A DNA stretch of 64,000 nucleotides from Azolla caroliniana (GCA_043228905.1 JBHGNT010000003.1:16120001-16184000), one strand, 5' to 3'; positions 22,882-37,399 are shown, counted from the stretch's first letter. Numbers and translations: made by a program. Notes: a model not told the origin generated them from the sequence alone.

Positions 22882-25800
22882 TCTATCTTCTCTCTTGGTT
22901 CTGACAGTTTGATTCAAATTTCTCTCTCTCCTTTATCCTCCTCTATAAACATCACGAAACCATGGCCGCCATCAACTCAGAAGAATATGTAAACCTTGTT
23001 GCAGAAATGGAGAATCTTAAATCCAAGTTTGCATCTCTCGAATTAGAGAATCAACGTCTTCTTGGAGATCTACAAAAGGTTATTGTGGAGAAGCAACAAC
23101 AACAAGAGGATTTTACGTGATGGGTGTGACAAACTAGAGTCAACAATCATAATTTTACAACAATAAAGGGTCATAGCTCAAGGAATTATCAAGGAGCCCA
23201 AAATCAGCCTCCCTGCTAAATTTGATGGTTTGAGGGCACATTTCGGAGGTTTCTTGAATCAAGTGCGGTTGGTAATTCAAAGGCATCCCACGCATATCTG
23301 ACAAATGCATCTCGAGTCGGGTTAGTGGGCACCTTATTGACTGGCATAACGTTGTCGTGGTTTGCTCCATTATTAAAGACAAATTCTCCTCTACTCCATA
23401 ATTTCGAGGAATTTGTCAAAGAACTTAAGGCTTGCTTTGGAGATAGAGATGGGGCAAGAACAATGATCAACAAGATTCGTACACTACGTCAGGGTGATTA
23501 GCCAACATCGACATATGCAACCAATTTTTGTCTCATTGCAAGCGATATTCCTTGGGATGAACAAGCCCTAATGGAGCAGTTTCGTTCCGGTCTTCGTAGT
23601 GATGTAAAAGACTTACTTCTTACATTCCCCGAGGATCCAAAATCTCTTACAGAAGCTATTAGTCGAGCAATATTGTGCGAGAATTGTCTTTTTGAGTGTC
23701 GATGTGAATGACAGCAACCAAGAACAAGATCAAGATTCACACCAACTTATGCATCAGTAACGACGCAGTAATCTCCAAGGCAAACATATAGCCCTGCTCC
23801 AACTCCAAGGCAACCACGTAGTCCAACCCCAATGGATAGGCCTACACCCATGGAGATCGATATGACCCAACGATGAGGACCATTTTCGGATGAAGAGAAA
23901 CAACGACGTCGAGCAAACCGTCTGTGCTTATATTGCAAAGGTCCAGGACATATAACCATTCATTGGTCCTGTAGACCAAGACGTCAAGTAAATCAAATTC
24001 ACTATGACAATAAAACTAAGTTCAACATTTTAGAAGCACTTAGCGATCCTAATATTATGAAGAATCCACCCTTGTCCAATAAGTTTGAAGTCTTAAGCCA
24101 ATTAGAAGAGGAGTCAAATGAATAAGTCGGGCCAAAATAAGAACCATTTGGTTGGACAACTCTAGATCTGTACAACCTAGTGTAGGTTCCATTTCTTTCA
24201 AGCATGTTAGTAGAGTCTTCTCAGCCCAAGTACAAGTTAGGACATTGAGTTGTCAACTTCATGTCCAAGCCCTCTTAGATACCGGTGCCGATTCTTGTTT
24301 CATGAATAGAGATTTTTCCCAAAAACATCAAATATCCTTGCATACCCTTCCTTGTTTTGTTCTTGTAGTAGTGATTGATGGCCGTCCCATAGCTTCGGGG
24401 AAGATATTCGAAGAGTCTGAGCCAATACACATACTCTTATGTGATTTAGGATGTGTAGTTTCCTTTAACATAATACATAGCCTTGAGCATCCAATTGTCC
24501 TTGGTTTGCTATGGTTTGAGCTACATAACCCAAGAATTGATTGGAGGAGGTGAGAAATTTGGTGCCCTTCATAAGAAAACTTCATTGCTAAGGATTGAAC
24601 CCAAGAGTCTTCCCTTAAAGAATATAGTTCTACCACTCATCATCTACTTTTCATCAAATCTCAACCATTTGCAACAATTGTCCCAAGTGCGAGGAAAAGA
24701 GGAACTTTTCTTATTTGCAATATCAATGACACCTTCTAGTGCCACTCAAGGGAATTCAGACATCAAAATTCCCAGAAAATATCAAGAATATGCTGATGTA
24801 TTTGATAAAGTCAAAGCTAGTGTACTTCCAATGCATCGGTCGTACGACTGTCCCATTGATCTTCAACCAAGAAAAGAGCCACCGTGGGGTTTGATCTACA
24901 ATATATCACAAACTAAGCTTGAGGTTCTTCGAGAATACATTGAGGAGAATCTTGCACATGGGTTCATTCTCCATTCAAAGTCTCCAACCGGTGCTCCCAT
25001 ATTTTTTGTGAAGAAAAATGACGGTTCACTTCGTTTGGTCGTGGACTATCGGAGATTAAATAAAGTCACCATAAGAAATAGGTATGCTCTGCATTTAATA
25101 TCTATTCTTTTAGAGCACATTGGTAGGGCAAAGCATTTTACAAAAATCGATTTAAGGGGTGCATATAATCTAGTTCGAATTCGACTAGGAGATGAGTGGA
25201 AAACTGAATTTCGTACTTGGTATGGTCATTTTGAGTATACAATCATGCCTTTCGGGCTCACAAATGCACTCGCCGTTTTCCAACATATGGAAAATGACAT
25301 TTTTTGAGATTTTCTGGATATCTTTCTCATCGTCTATTTAGATGATTTGCTGATTTAATCGAAAACATAGGAGGAGCATGATATACATGTCCGGAAAGTA
25401 CGTGAATGCTTAAGAAAGTATGGTCTGTATGCCAACTTGAGAAGTGCAGTTTTGACAGCGAACAAGTCAAATTCTTGGGTTATACTATTTCATCCAAGGG
25501 TATCTTCATGGATTCAGCAAAACTCAAAACAATATTGGAATGACAACCCCCACGTTCTGTTCGAGACGTACAATGTTTCCTCAGATTTGCTAACTTCTAT
25601 TGTAAATTCATATGGAATTATTCAAAGATTGTGTTGCCTCTCACCCAACTCACCAAGAAAGATCAAGTGTTTGTTTGGACTAATGAAGTGGACACGGCCT
25701 TTACTCAACTCAGAAAGGCATTCACATCAGCTCATATCTTAGCGCATATTGATCCCGAAAATCCATTTACTATTGAGGTGGATGCGTCAGACTTTGCATT

Positions 25801-26730
25801 GGGGAGTATCCTATCACAACCAGGCAAGGACGGGCAATCCCATCCAATCGGTTTCACTCGCGAAAATTTAATGTTGCGGAGATAAACTATGAGGTGCACG
25901 ACAAGATGGTTTACTCTTTTACAAGAATCTCCTTTACATCCCTGATGGATCACCCCGCCTTCAAGTATTGGAGCATTGTCCTGATGCCCCTATGGCCGGA
26001 CATTTTGGTATTGCCAAGACCATGGAGTTGGTGAAGCACGCATTTTGGTGGACTCATTTGCAAAACTTTGTCAAAGATTATGTTCGTACATGTGACACCT
26101 ATTGTCGAGCCAAAATACCCAGGCATCATCCTTATGGCTTGTTACAACCATTACCGCTAGCAATGGGCACGGTTTCGGCTCAAACCGAACCGAACCGTTA
26201 AGCCATGGCTTAACGGTTTATTGGTTCAAAGATAAATAAACTGTTTGGTTTGGTTTCAAATATTATGACCGGGTTTGGTTTCGGTTCGGTTCGGTTTTGA
26301 ATTTCATGGTTTAGCGGTTTCGGTTTGGTTTGGTTTTGAATTTCACAGTTTAGCGGTTTTGGCTTATGTGGTTTGGTTTAAAGGTTTAAAAGTTTTGAAG
26401 GTTTAAAGGTTTATAGGTTTATAAATTTGGTTTGGTTTTGATTTATGATAAGCCGATTTGGTTTGGTTCTAAACTTTTCATAAACAGTTTGGTTTAAATG
26501 GCTTCATAAAATTTAAACAGTTTGGTTTGGTTTTTAATATAAATAAATAGTCTGGTTTGGTTTCAAGGCCAAGAAACCGAACTGAACCGAAACCGAACCG
26601 CACGCATTGCTAATTACCGCCTCCAACTAAGCCGTGCAGTCTATTTCTATGGATTTCATTACGGATCTACCACCTTCAAAAGGATTTGATACTATTTAAA
26701 TAGTAGTCGATCGATTTACCAAGATGGCAT
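22882..26730 (+). mobile_element. Tcn1/Tf1-like Gypsy, decayed: LTR end (22906), non-tRNA PBS 22907-22920, gag from 22962, PR, RT, partial RH/IN
   Basis: EPKISLPAKFDG gag, LCLYCKGPGH, ALLDTGA, FFVKKNDGSLRLVVDYR, YLDD, DASD, ISMDFITDLP. Confidence 0.88.
26158..26612. mobile_element. hAT-family MITE
   Basis: TIR TAGCAATG/CATTGCTA; 8-bp TSD ATTACCGC (26150-26157, 26613-26620); many AACCG/CGGTT subterminal motifs. Confidence 0.93.
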
Positions 26731-29700
26731 TGTTGTAGTGTGAATCACACACTACGTGAAATATGCAAAACACTATATCCGATTTAGAGAACGTATAATA
26801 AATAAAAATAAAATATTAAAAATATTTATTATGTGCATAGGGCAAGATTTGAACCTTGTACCTCCACGTAGACAATTCCCAACCTTACCACTATACTAGC
26901 ATACTATAAATCTTAAGTTATACTAAACTTTATCCCATATAAATATTCTAGGTATGATGGTACAAAAAGTTATTCATGCATACACACTCGAGTTAAAAGA
27001 AAAGATGGGATAGAAAGCTAATCATGCGCATGTAGTGTGCATGAAAACTAAAGTTAGGAAAAGCATTATGCTTGCATGTGATAAACTTAGACTCTTCCAA
27101 CACTATATAAGGAAGAGAGAAAGATGTACAGGGTTGTTGATTATTTTACAAGGGTTGATTAATATAATATATTCGTGGGATTCACGAATTTGCTAACTAT
27201 TTTTCTCTCTTATTCTGAGTACTCACTAATACACTATACTTGTGGGATTCACGAATTTTCATATCTTTCTTTCTTACAATATATTTCATATTCTTAATTT
27301 CCTTAGAATTTTCTTTTCTCCTAATCCAAAACCTCAGCGGTTCCCACCCGACTCACGCAACGATCCAGAGCTGAAAGGCATGACACACTTGGTGAACCCG
27401 ACGTGAACATGGGTGGCAAGGAGATGGAAAATCAACCAGAGGCTAACAACATGATGATGATGTTCGAGTGGATGCTTCAAGAACAATGTGCGATGTCGGA
27501 GATAGTGGCGGCAGTAGAGCGGCTGGTGCAACGGATCAGGCAATTCAAGGGAAAGGACGTATCACGCTATCTTCGGGACTACAAGGCGGAAATGATACGG
27601 TGCGGGATTTCAGAAGGACTGCAAGTGACATTCTTCAACCGGGTGGCTACCGACGAGCTTCAAGCAAGTATCCACGGGCTACGACAACAAAATCCAATGT
27701 GGGAAGTGTTTGAAGAAGCCCTAAAGACCACATTTGCCATCGAGGACTCCTCCAAGGCAACGAGGAGGGGATTCGAAGATTGGGTGGAAACACCGGATAA
27801 GGGGATGAAGGTCCTTGACGTGTTTTCGTCATTCAAAAGTTGGTTTGGGAGGTTGTTTGCGAGAGATCAAGCTATCCTCACACCAGACAAAGTGATCATG
27901 TTCCTACGAGCCGTGGACATCCGGGACCGGAAAGACCTTGGAGTGCTTCAGGAGGACACGACCACCGAGAGTGGCCTGACCGATACATGGGATAACGTGC
28001 GAGATATCATTGCACTATATACAAAGAGGGGGCAATGGCTTGCAAACGAAGAAAAGAGGGTTTCGGAACCGATTCGGAAACCGAGATCCGGATTGGAAGA
28101 CCATCAACCGCGGGCTCGGTAGACTACGACCAAGAAGGGAATCGACGCAACCACGGTGGAGCAATTGCTGAAGGAGATGGAGAATCTGAAAATTGCGATG
28201 GTGAAGAAGATGGAAGACCGTCCCACAGGTTCCAAGTTCATGGACCGTTGATGCATATGGTGTGATAGCACCGAACATGATCAGAGAGATTGTGACTAGC
28301 ACAAGGAGGCGTTACGACGGGATCTTATCTAGTACGAGGGAAATCAGATTCATTCAATGGATTCTCGAAAGCCACTCCAACTGAACTTTCGGAAAGGCGG
28401 CATGAAGAAGGTCCTAGAGGAGGAGATCGTGTGGAGGAGATCGTGTGAGGAAAAGACAAAGTACAGAGGAAAATGCTCCAAGGGTGAATGCAAATACCGT
28501 CTTAATGAATGACACCGAAGTGGAGGACGAAATACAGAACTCCCACTACACAAGGCCACACTGGGCATGTGCAACTACGGAGACTCCGGTTCGAATCGGC
28601 AACATCAAAGAGCCCGTGCTAGCATTGATTGATCACGGATCGGAGATCAATTTGATGTCCAAGGAGTTCTACTGAAAGGGGAAGTGGCCTATAAACACTA
28701 ACCATGGATGGAATATCCAAGCAGCCACTAAAGCAATGGAAGATCTATTTGGGGCTTGTCCGGATGTGACGGTGAAGATCGGGGATGTCGAGATCGACCA
28801 AAATTTCTTCGTACAAGACGAGGTTTCACATTTTGTGATCCTCGGGCAACTATTTATCATGCCATCACGAATGGAGACGAAGGTGCTCGATAGCGGTGCG
28901 GCATCTACGTACACGGATGTAATCGGAGGAATGAAGAAAGAATACCGAAAAGTGGAGGATAAGTTACGGTCGGCATCAATAATAAAAGAAGACGAAGAAA
29001 TCGTGGGAATAGTTGAAGAAGTGTTCTATGGGAGCACGCTACAACAGCTTGAAGAGCTCGCAGAAGATACAAGCTAGGGAATCTAGGTAATTCCGGTGGA
29101 ATCGGTTGAGATGTATGAGATCATTGCGAAAATGGGGCCGGATGCACTCCACAAAGAAGAAGCAATGGTAAGTACGAAATACAAGGCCGTGGAGAAGAAG
29201 GTGAAACCGGTTGCGGGACCACTACCCGCCGATAGCGAACAAAAGAGGAAAGAAATCTCGGGAGATCCGACACTTCGGAAATCCGTGGATATCGGACATG
29301 GCTTCATGGATGAGACCCGGAAGAAACTTCGGATCGGTGGAGGTGGTTTCCTTTTACAAAATGAAGAAGAACGATTCCTGCGATGTTGGAACAACATGGG
29401 AAAGCATTTGCATTCACATCAAAGGAGATAGGGTGTGTTGATCTGAAGATAGTGGAGCCGATGGTGATCTTCACGATTGATCATGTGTCGTGGAACCTGA
29501 AGCCGATTCCGGTGCCACGGGCGCATATTCCGAAAATCATCGACTTGCTTAAGGAGAAGGTGGCGATGGGGATTCTAGAGCCATCAAATGATCCGTACTC
29601 AAATCGATGGTTTACGGTTCCGAAGAAGAATAGGTCACTCCAATTTATCCAAGACTTGCAACCGGTGAACAAGGTCACGATCCGGAACTCTGGAGTCGGT

Positions 29701-31642
29701 CCGATAGTAGACGAATTTATGGAAGCATTTGCCGGATGCGCGATATACTCCATCAGAGACCTATACTCCGGATATGACCAATGCCAACTAGTCGTGGAGA
29801 ACCGAGACATCACCACCGTGCGGACACCGATAGGGTTAGTTCGAATGTGCACACTACCACAAGGAGCGACAAACTCGGTTGCACATATGATGAACGCGAT
29901 GAACAAGGTGCTTCGAGATTGCATCTCGGGGATAACGATGCCATTCCTAGATGACATTCCGATGAAAGGATGCCTGGTGGAAGAAAAAGATGAGACTATT
30001 GATGATCGGGGATGCCGAAAGTTCGTAGTCGACCATATTCGTGATTGCGAGAAAGTGCTTCGAAAGTTAGAAGATGTGCACCTAACACTTTCCGGGGAGA
30101 AATCGGCATTCGGGCAAGAAGAGATATTGGTAGTCGGACATCTATGTGGGCCCTACGGCCGAAGACCATCACCAACCAAGATCGATGCGATTCAAGCTAT
30201 GAAAGAAGTATGCGAGTCACAATCCGAAGTCCGAAGGTTTCTTGGAGCATGTGCATTCTATCACATATGGATTCCACACTATGCACATATTGCGGACCCA
30301 CTCTATCACTTGTTGCGGAAGGGTAAGAAGTTTGAATGGAAACCAGAGCATACCAAACCCGTGACGAAGCTCAAGAAATCACTACGGAGGGCAAAAGCAC
30401 TAAAGAAGCCGAACTATGACTATCCGATCATAATAACGGTTGACACAAGTCCAACCAGAATCGGATGGGTCATCAATCAAGCCAACTCGGATGGTTCGCG
30501 ATATCTGATCCGATTCGGAGCAAAGGTTCTCAACGAAAGACAACGCGGATATGCACAAGTCAAAAGAGAATTATGGGGAGTCATGTCGGCAATCAAATCG
30601 GATCGAGATTATTTGGTCGGAGCCAAAGTAGTGATCGAAACGGATTGTCTTCCAATACTCGGGATGATGCGGTGTTGCACGATACCGGATGTGGCTATGC
30701 TAAGGTGGATTGCATATGTTAAGTCACTTAATCCGGAGATATGACACATCTCCAGAAAAGATAACGAGGTAGCGGATATGCTATCAAGGGCGCGGTTTGA
30801 AGATGACATAACCGAATCCGATAATGAAGAAGTTTCCAAAGACTACTTTGCTTCGGAGCACATATGCCGGGTGAACGTAATCCGAGAATTCCGGGAAGAA
30901 GAATACGAGTGAGAAAGCTTGCTGATCGGGAAAGTGCTACAATAAATCGAGGAATCATCGGACAATAAAGAGAAGAGAGCCGAGATCTGAAGTAAGAAGC
31001 GGAAAGTCCGAAAGTTCTTCTTGAAAAATGGATTAATATGGAGGGAGCCGAAAAGACCGGATGGCATACCACTTCGGGTAGTCGGGAAGTAAGAGCAACG
31101 AAACCGGATAATGTCCGAATTTCACGAATCCGATTGGGCTGGACATCGAGGAACATGGGAAACTTTTGTGAAAATCAAACAAAAATATTGGTGGAAGAAC
31201 ATGTACAAAGATATAGCGGAGCTCATGGAAAGCTGCGAGAAGTGCCAAATCTACTCCGGAGTTCGACACCGAGATGAGTTACATCCGACATTCTCACCGA
31301 AAATCAACTTCAAATGGATGGTCGATATTGTAGCCATGCCAACCGGGATTGGACAAAAGAAGTACTTGGTGTTAGCTCGAGAAGATCTCACAAACCAAGT
31401 AGAAGGTCGGGCGCTACGAAGGAAAACTTGTTCTGCGGTATGCCAATTTCTTTTGGAGGAGGTGTTTTGTAGGTACGGGTGTGTAGGACAAGTGATTGCG
31501 GATCGGGGAGAACTCGACTCTGAAAAGCTAAGGAATTCTTCACCAAACAACGGCTTACAATCCGGAGGTCAACGGGAAAATCAAACGAGGACATAGTCTG
31601 ATCGTCAAAGCACTTGCAATTGCATGCGACGGAAGGGTGAAG
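26731..31642 (+). mobile_element. Ylt1-like Gypsy (copy B): 5' LTR 26731-27385, Trp PBS, gag, PR, RT, RH, partial IN; 3' end lost
   Basis: GILEPSNDPYSNRWFTVPKK..IQDLQPVN, LPQGATNS, FLDD, HESDWAGH..CEKC, ADRGE. Confidence 0.9.
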
Positions 31643-31644
31643 GT

Positions 31645-31734
31645 GAGGATGTTCATCTTTGGTACAATTGACGTCAGAACCGCTCTGTTTGCAGAAGCAA
31701 AAGAACAAAAAGTCGAGTCAGACAACAATTTTTG
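31645..31734 (+). pseudogene. Short Copia GAG-pre-integrase fragment
   Basis: RMFIFGTIDVRTALF..QKVESD, similar to 52270-52360. Confidence 0.6.
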
Positions 31735-34530
31735 TGTAAAGAATACGCGTGCGAAAGCTAAAACAAACTAGCTTTGCCCGATAGCAACAGAACACATACA
31801 TAGGTTTAATGGAATCTTGAGATTAAACAGTATACAAGGGAAAGACAGAGAGAGGAGAACATAAACTCTATTAAAAAAATAGCACTCTGTACATAGAATG
31901 TGCTCAAAGAGAACTTTTATACAAGTCCATTTAAGGACTGACAGAAGTACTAACAGGAACTTCAATGCTCATACAAGCGACTGACACCGACTCCCAAAAC
32001 TATGCCTACGTATTACGCTGGATTCGTAGGCCTCTAATGACCTACCGGTTACAATCCAATCCCGGATCCTGGTTTCGGATCCCATCCTGACACCGATCCG
32101 GTTCTCCGATCCTAATACCGATCCGGCTCTGGTTTATTCAGCCGATCCAGATCCGGTTCACCTTGCTTGCTCAACACTCCCCCTCAAACTCAACTTGAGG
32201 TCGGATCATGGCTTCAGTTTCTGTGGTAGCCGGTTCATCCATCCGACCCCTTATGGCGTCCTTCCGCCTCGCTCGTGCTCCTCAATTGGTCTAGTTCTTC
32301 CTTCCATGACCCGACCGGTTCTGCGCTCCTCGAGCTTCTTAGTCGACACGTTTGATTAACATGCCCTTCTCATCTTTCGATGCTTTTCAACCCATCGTTT
32401 CCTCCATATCAGCATCGATTTCCGCTGCCTTCTCGTCCACTTGGCCTTTATTAGATCCGGATCATCTGAATCAAATTGTTGAACCGACTTGGCTGCCTCC
32501 GATTCGTTCTAGCTCTTGTCTGAATCGATTGCCTCCGATTCGTTCTAGCCCTTGTTTGAATCGATTGCCTCCGATTCGTTGCGGCTCTTGTCTGAGTTGG
32601 TAGTCTCCAACTCTGACGTGAAATACGTGGATTAATCTCCGGCCACAACCAAAGCGTAGATCACTTGATGACAATCAAAACACAGACGAAATGGGAATGG
32701 AGGTAAGTCGACAAAACAGAAAGAGAATACACAGGATATTAACGTGGAAAACCCTGCGAGGGAAAAACCACGGGAGTCCACACACTCCAAACTATCACTC
32801 TATAAAGTAATACAACAAGGAGCACAGAGGCAACGACCTCTTGCTCACAATCTTCGCCTAGCGGCAGTTACAACAGAGACATGCTCTGTATCGCTCTCTC
32901 TATCTCTTTCTCTGTACAATCGTTACACCGATAACTCTATCATCATAACTATTAAGTTTGCCCTAGGTCATATTTATACTAATATGACTTTCGGTCTATT
33001 TACAAATATAGCCCCAGTGGGCTCTCTAGAACACATTTACATATATGTCCCTTCCATCCGATGAGAGGTTCTCACCAGGCCTGCAACATCCGGTTCTCAC
33101 CAGGTCTTCCGTTGCCAGGTACTCCACATCCGGTTCTCACCAGGTCTTCCGTAGCCGGGTACTCGTCATCCGGTTCTCACCGGGTCTTCCGTTGCTGGGT
33201 ACTCCACATCCGGATTCGGCCAAGGCCGATGCTCATCAACAATGTTCTTCTCACTTCCCATCCGGAGGGAGTTGTTTCCTAACAAACTCGTCTCCCATTT
33301 TCAAGCCTTCGACAACATTGTACCATCTTTGGGACTTGTCCTTCTCCTTCTGGTTAGCTGTCCTATTTGACTTTGTTGCCGCTTGTTCCGACTTGTTCGG
33401 ATATGTCGACTCAACTTTCTTTTTCTTCTTACCTCCCCCTATCTTGGTTCTCTCTCTCTCTCTTGTCCGCTGTCATTATCTATTTCCATTCTCTCCCTCA
33501 AGTGCGGCACGTCGAGACGATGAATGCCGAGCATCTCCAAAAAGTGTTGCAACTTGGCTGATCCGAGAGGCTTGGTGAAAATGTTAGCAACATGCCGATC
33601 CGTGTGAACATATCGAAGTTTAACTTCACTGCTCAGGACCACCCGCTCATGGACAAAGTGATAATGCACTTCTATCTGCTTTGTCCGAGCATGGAATAAG
33701 GGATTCTTAGTGAGCAAGTATGTTGCTTTTGTTGTCGCAATAGATCAGGATCGGGGTCGGCACCTTGATCCGGACATCTTACAGCAGTCTCCGAAGCCAA
33801 ATCACAGCTGGCAATGGTAGCACTCCGATATTCAGCCTCAGTGCTCGACAAAGCCATTATTGGTTGCTTTTTGCTACTCCACGCAACAGTTTCACTACCA
33901 AGAGAAAACATATACCTAGAGGTGGACCGGTGATCCAATGCGTCACCAGCCCAGTCGGCATCTGTATATCCAACTAGCTTCCCAGCTATATTGTGTCGGT
34001 ATAACATCCCCTTATCCTTAGTGCCACTAACATATCGGAGTATCCGGTGTGTGCACTCAAGGTGCTCCATGGTCGGCGTCTGGATGAATTGGCTAATCAG
34101 TCCAACCGGATAACTAATGTCGAGTCGGGTGATTGTTAAGTAGATAAGGCTTCCGACAATTTGTCGGAACCATTTCTCATTGCAGGCCAGTCCGGAGTTG
34201 GGCATAGCTTCAAGTTCAGGTCCAAGGGTGTGGAGATTGGTTGGCATTCAATCATATTCAACACATAGTGTCTTTGTGAGAGCAATATGCCATCAGGAGT
34301 CCGGATCACCTCAATCCCAAGAAAATAATGAAGGTCCCCCAGGTCCTTCATTTCAAATGCGTGTGACAACTCGGACTTCACACAGTTGATTTCTTCGAGT
34401 CCAGGTCCGGTGATCACTAGATCATCTACAAATAGCAGGATACATACCGGACCGTCGGGACCTTTCCGGATGAACAATGAAGTGTCGGATTTTGAGCCTG
34501 CAAACCCCATCTTATGCAACCTATGCGTAA
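31735..34530 (-). mobile_element. Copia 3' part: RT, RNase H, charged tail, PPT, 3' LTR 31735-32176
   Basis: LFVDDLVITG, GYTDADWAG, FHARTKQIEVHYHF; CTCCCCCTCAA next to the LTR at 32177. Confidence 0.88.
32614..33284 (-). mobile_element. Solo LTR, Tnt1/Tork-like Copia
   Basis: TGTTAGG..GTCA on minus strand; TSD AACTC (32609-32613, 33285-33289). Confidence 0.92.
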
Positions 34531-34640
34531 TGTAAAAGAATACGTGTGCGGAAGCGTATGAGAAGGACACAGAGTACATGGTTTGGAAGTACAACAGTTC
34601 GGTAAAACGCAAAAATCATAGAGAAGGAGCGGGAGAGACA

Positions 34641-34683
<43 letters not shown>

Positions 34684-34712
34684 AACGAAACTAGGTAAAA
34701 GCATGCGAGTGG
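34531..34712 (-). mobile_element. Truncated Copia LTR (U5 end) with (GA)n
   Basis: TGTAAAAGAATACG matches the reverse complement of the LTR end at 57613 and the start of 31735. Confidence 0.75.
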
Positions 34713-34954
34713 AAACAATTAGCTATGTCCTTGACATAGCTAATTAGCTATGCAAAAAGCTACCATCGAAAATAGTAGAGAGTTTTAATTATATAAATGA
34801 CCACCATAAATGTGCAACATAAATTGATATGTGCACCATAAATTATATACCGATTTCGTAGGTCCATTATGCATTATGCCTTGCCACATCACATGGGCCA
34901 TCTTTGGTTGAGTATTCTGGCTTAGATTACTACCACTATTGCTAAACCCTATTG

Positions 34955-35970
34955 AGTCCACTCCTCCATTGCCGCCATTCTACACTCAGTTACCAGCATT
35001 GTGTGGTTCAAGTATCATCTGCCACTGTTCGATCCGACGGAGTTCACTCCTCCATTGCCGCCATTTTACACTCAGTTGCCACCACTGTTCAGTCTAAGCA
35101 TCATCTGCCAAGTTCACTCCTCCATTGCCGCCACTCTACACTCAGTTGCCACTACTGTGAAGGTCGTATATGGCTGCCACTTTTCGATCCGACGAAGTTA
35201 ACGCCTTCTCCAATGTCACCATTCTACTCTCAATTGCCATCATTGTGCGTTCCAAGCATCATCTGCCACTGTTCGATCTGACGAAGTTCACTCCTCCATT
35301 GCCATCATTCTACACTCAGTTGCCGCTACTATTCGGTGATCGGTCCTGGATTGCTGCTACTTTTCGATTTGACGGAGTTCACTCATCCATTGCCATCATT
35401 CTACACTTAGTTACCGCTACTGTTTTGTCGTGTATTGCTGCCACTTTTTGATCTGAGGGAGTTCACTCCTTCTCCACTGCCGCCATTGTACTCTTAGTTG
35501 TCGTCACTGTGCATTCCAAGCATCATCTACCACTGTTCGATCTGACGGAGTTCACTCCTCCATTGCCATCATTCTACACTTAGTTTCCGCTATTGTTCAG
35601 TCCTGGATTGCTACCACTTTTTGATTTGACGGAGTTCACTCATCCATTGCCATCATTCTACACTTAGTTGCCGCTACTGTTCCGTCGTGTATTGCTGCCA
35701 CTTTTCGATCCAAAGGAGTTCACTCCTTCTCCACTACTGCCATTCTACTCTTAGTTGTCGTCAGTGTGCATTCCAAGCATCATCTGCCACTGTTCGATCC
35801 GACAGAATTCACTCCTCCATTGCCATCATTCTACACTCAGTTGTCGCCATTGTTCGGTCCTGTATTGTCAAAACTAATTGATCAAATGGAGTTCACTCCT
35901 CCACTACCACCATTCTACACTCAGTTGCCGCCACTATTCGGCCCTGGATTACCACCACTGTTCGGTCTTG
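34955..35970 (+). repeat. Degenerate ~60-80-bp tandem array
   Basis: More than 12 copies of GGAGTTCACTCCTCCATTGCC..CATTCTACACTCAGTTG, with higher-order repeats. Confidence 0.88.
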
Positions 35971-36924
35971 GATTTGAATAACTATTGTGTCTATTGATTA
36001 TCTTGTGTATTTTTGTGTATAATCTTGTGTATTGCGGAATATTTTTGGGTATTGTTGTTGCCCATAGCCATCTTTAATACGTGCCTTTTTTTCGGGAAAA
36101 TTAGGGTTTAAACCCATCAAGCCAAATGGAAGGGGAAGGAGGGTGTTTAGAATTACCCCTCAATGATCATCAGGATAGGGATGACGTTATCAGGACACAA
36201 GCTATACAAAAGTATTGGGCAGAAAGAAAAAAAAAAACATTGTCAATTGTTGAAGGATACGAAAGCCACACTCACTAAAGGTAAAGATAGTATTGGTTGC
36301 GATATAGGTGTAAATATCATTGAATGGAAGTAATGAGACTACTATCATAGAGAGAAAGATTGTAGACTATTTCAATGTTCAAGCCAAGCACATCAGCAAT
36401 GAAGACAAGAAGGTAGCACTTTATGGAATATTAAATGATCTATCGATAAAGGAGTTAGTTGATTGTGGTGGTCTTAATGCAAACATAACATCTGTACTAG
36501 TAAATAATCTTCGTAATAGTTCTGTATCCATGAGCAGGTCAAAAGATGATCTTGTCTTAAAAAGGTCTAGTCTAATGATGTTACTTAATAGTGATGGTCA
36601 CGATATTAACATAAGTGTGCTATCTAAGGTAATTGGTGTTAGTAGAAAAAGTGTGTACAATACATTGAACCGGATAGTTTCCTCAGGTGAAGGAACTAGT
36701 CTACTAAAGCTAACAACAAGATGTAAGCCAATGAAACCCATAACATCAGAAATCAAGGATATAATCACAATATTTTGGACTAATGAGAGTAGGGTTTCAC
36801 CCAATAAGAAGGATTTATGCAAGAAACGTGTTGGAAGGAGTCAATACGCGGAGCATCCCATTCATCTTCTTGATGTACCTCAGGTATTTACATTTATCTC
36901 AACATTTGTTTTGACTTTTGAGCT

Positions 36925-37399
36925 TAGTTAGTTAGCTTATTAGCTACCTCTGAATATGACCATACCTGAATAGCTAATTAACTACCATTTAGCTAATTAG
37001 CTATTGTATTAAACTATGGTAGTAGCTAATTAGCTACTCAATTAAAGTATGGTAGTAGCTAATTAGTTACCAGTTAGCTAATTAGTGACTCAACTAAAGT
37101 ATGGTAGTAGCTAAGTAGCCACTATAACTAAAATATGGTAGTAGGTAATTAGCTACCACTCAGCTAATTAGCTACCACTTAGCTAATTAGCTACTCAGCT
37201 AAAGTATGGTAGTAGCTAATAAGCTACCACCTAGATAATTAGCTACTTAGCTAAAGTATGGTAGTAGCTAATTAGCTACCAGTTAGCTAATTAGCTACTC
37301 AACTAAAGTATGGTACTAGCTAATTAGCCACTATAACTAAAGTATGGTAGTAGCTAATTAACTACCACTTAGCTAATTAGCTACTGTAGTAAACTATGG
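36925..37399. repeat. Palindromic minisatellite (TAGCTAATTAGCTAC / AAAGTATGGTAG)
   Basis: Directly visible array. Confidence 0.9.

Larger units (their letters stand above)
34713..37399 (+). mobile_element. Probable DNA-transposon remnant with repeat arrays and a transposase-like exon
   Basis: TAGCTAATTAGCTA motifs at both ends; ORF 36320-36931 (FWTNESRVSPNKKDLCKKR..HPIHLLD) with possible donor CAG|GTA near 36883; no TIR/TSD found. Confidence 0.4.

Noticed and set aside
34955-35970. CRISPR-like array
   Set aside because: Inter-repeat segments are themselves homologous, there are no cas genes, and the context is eukaryotic.
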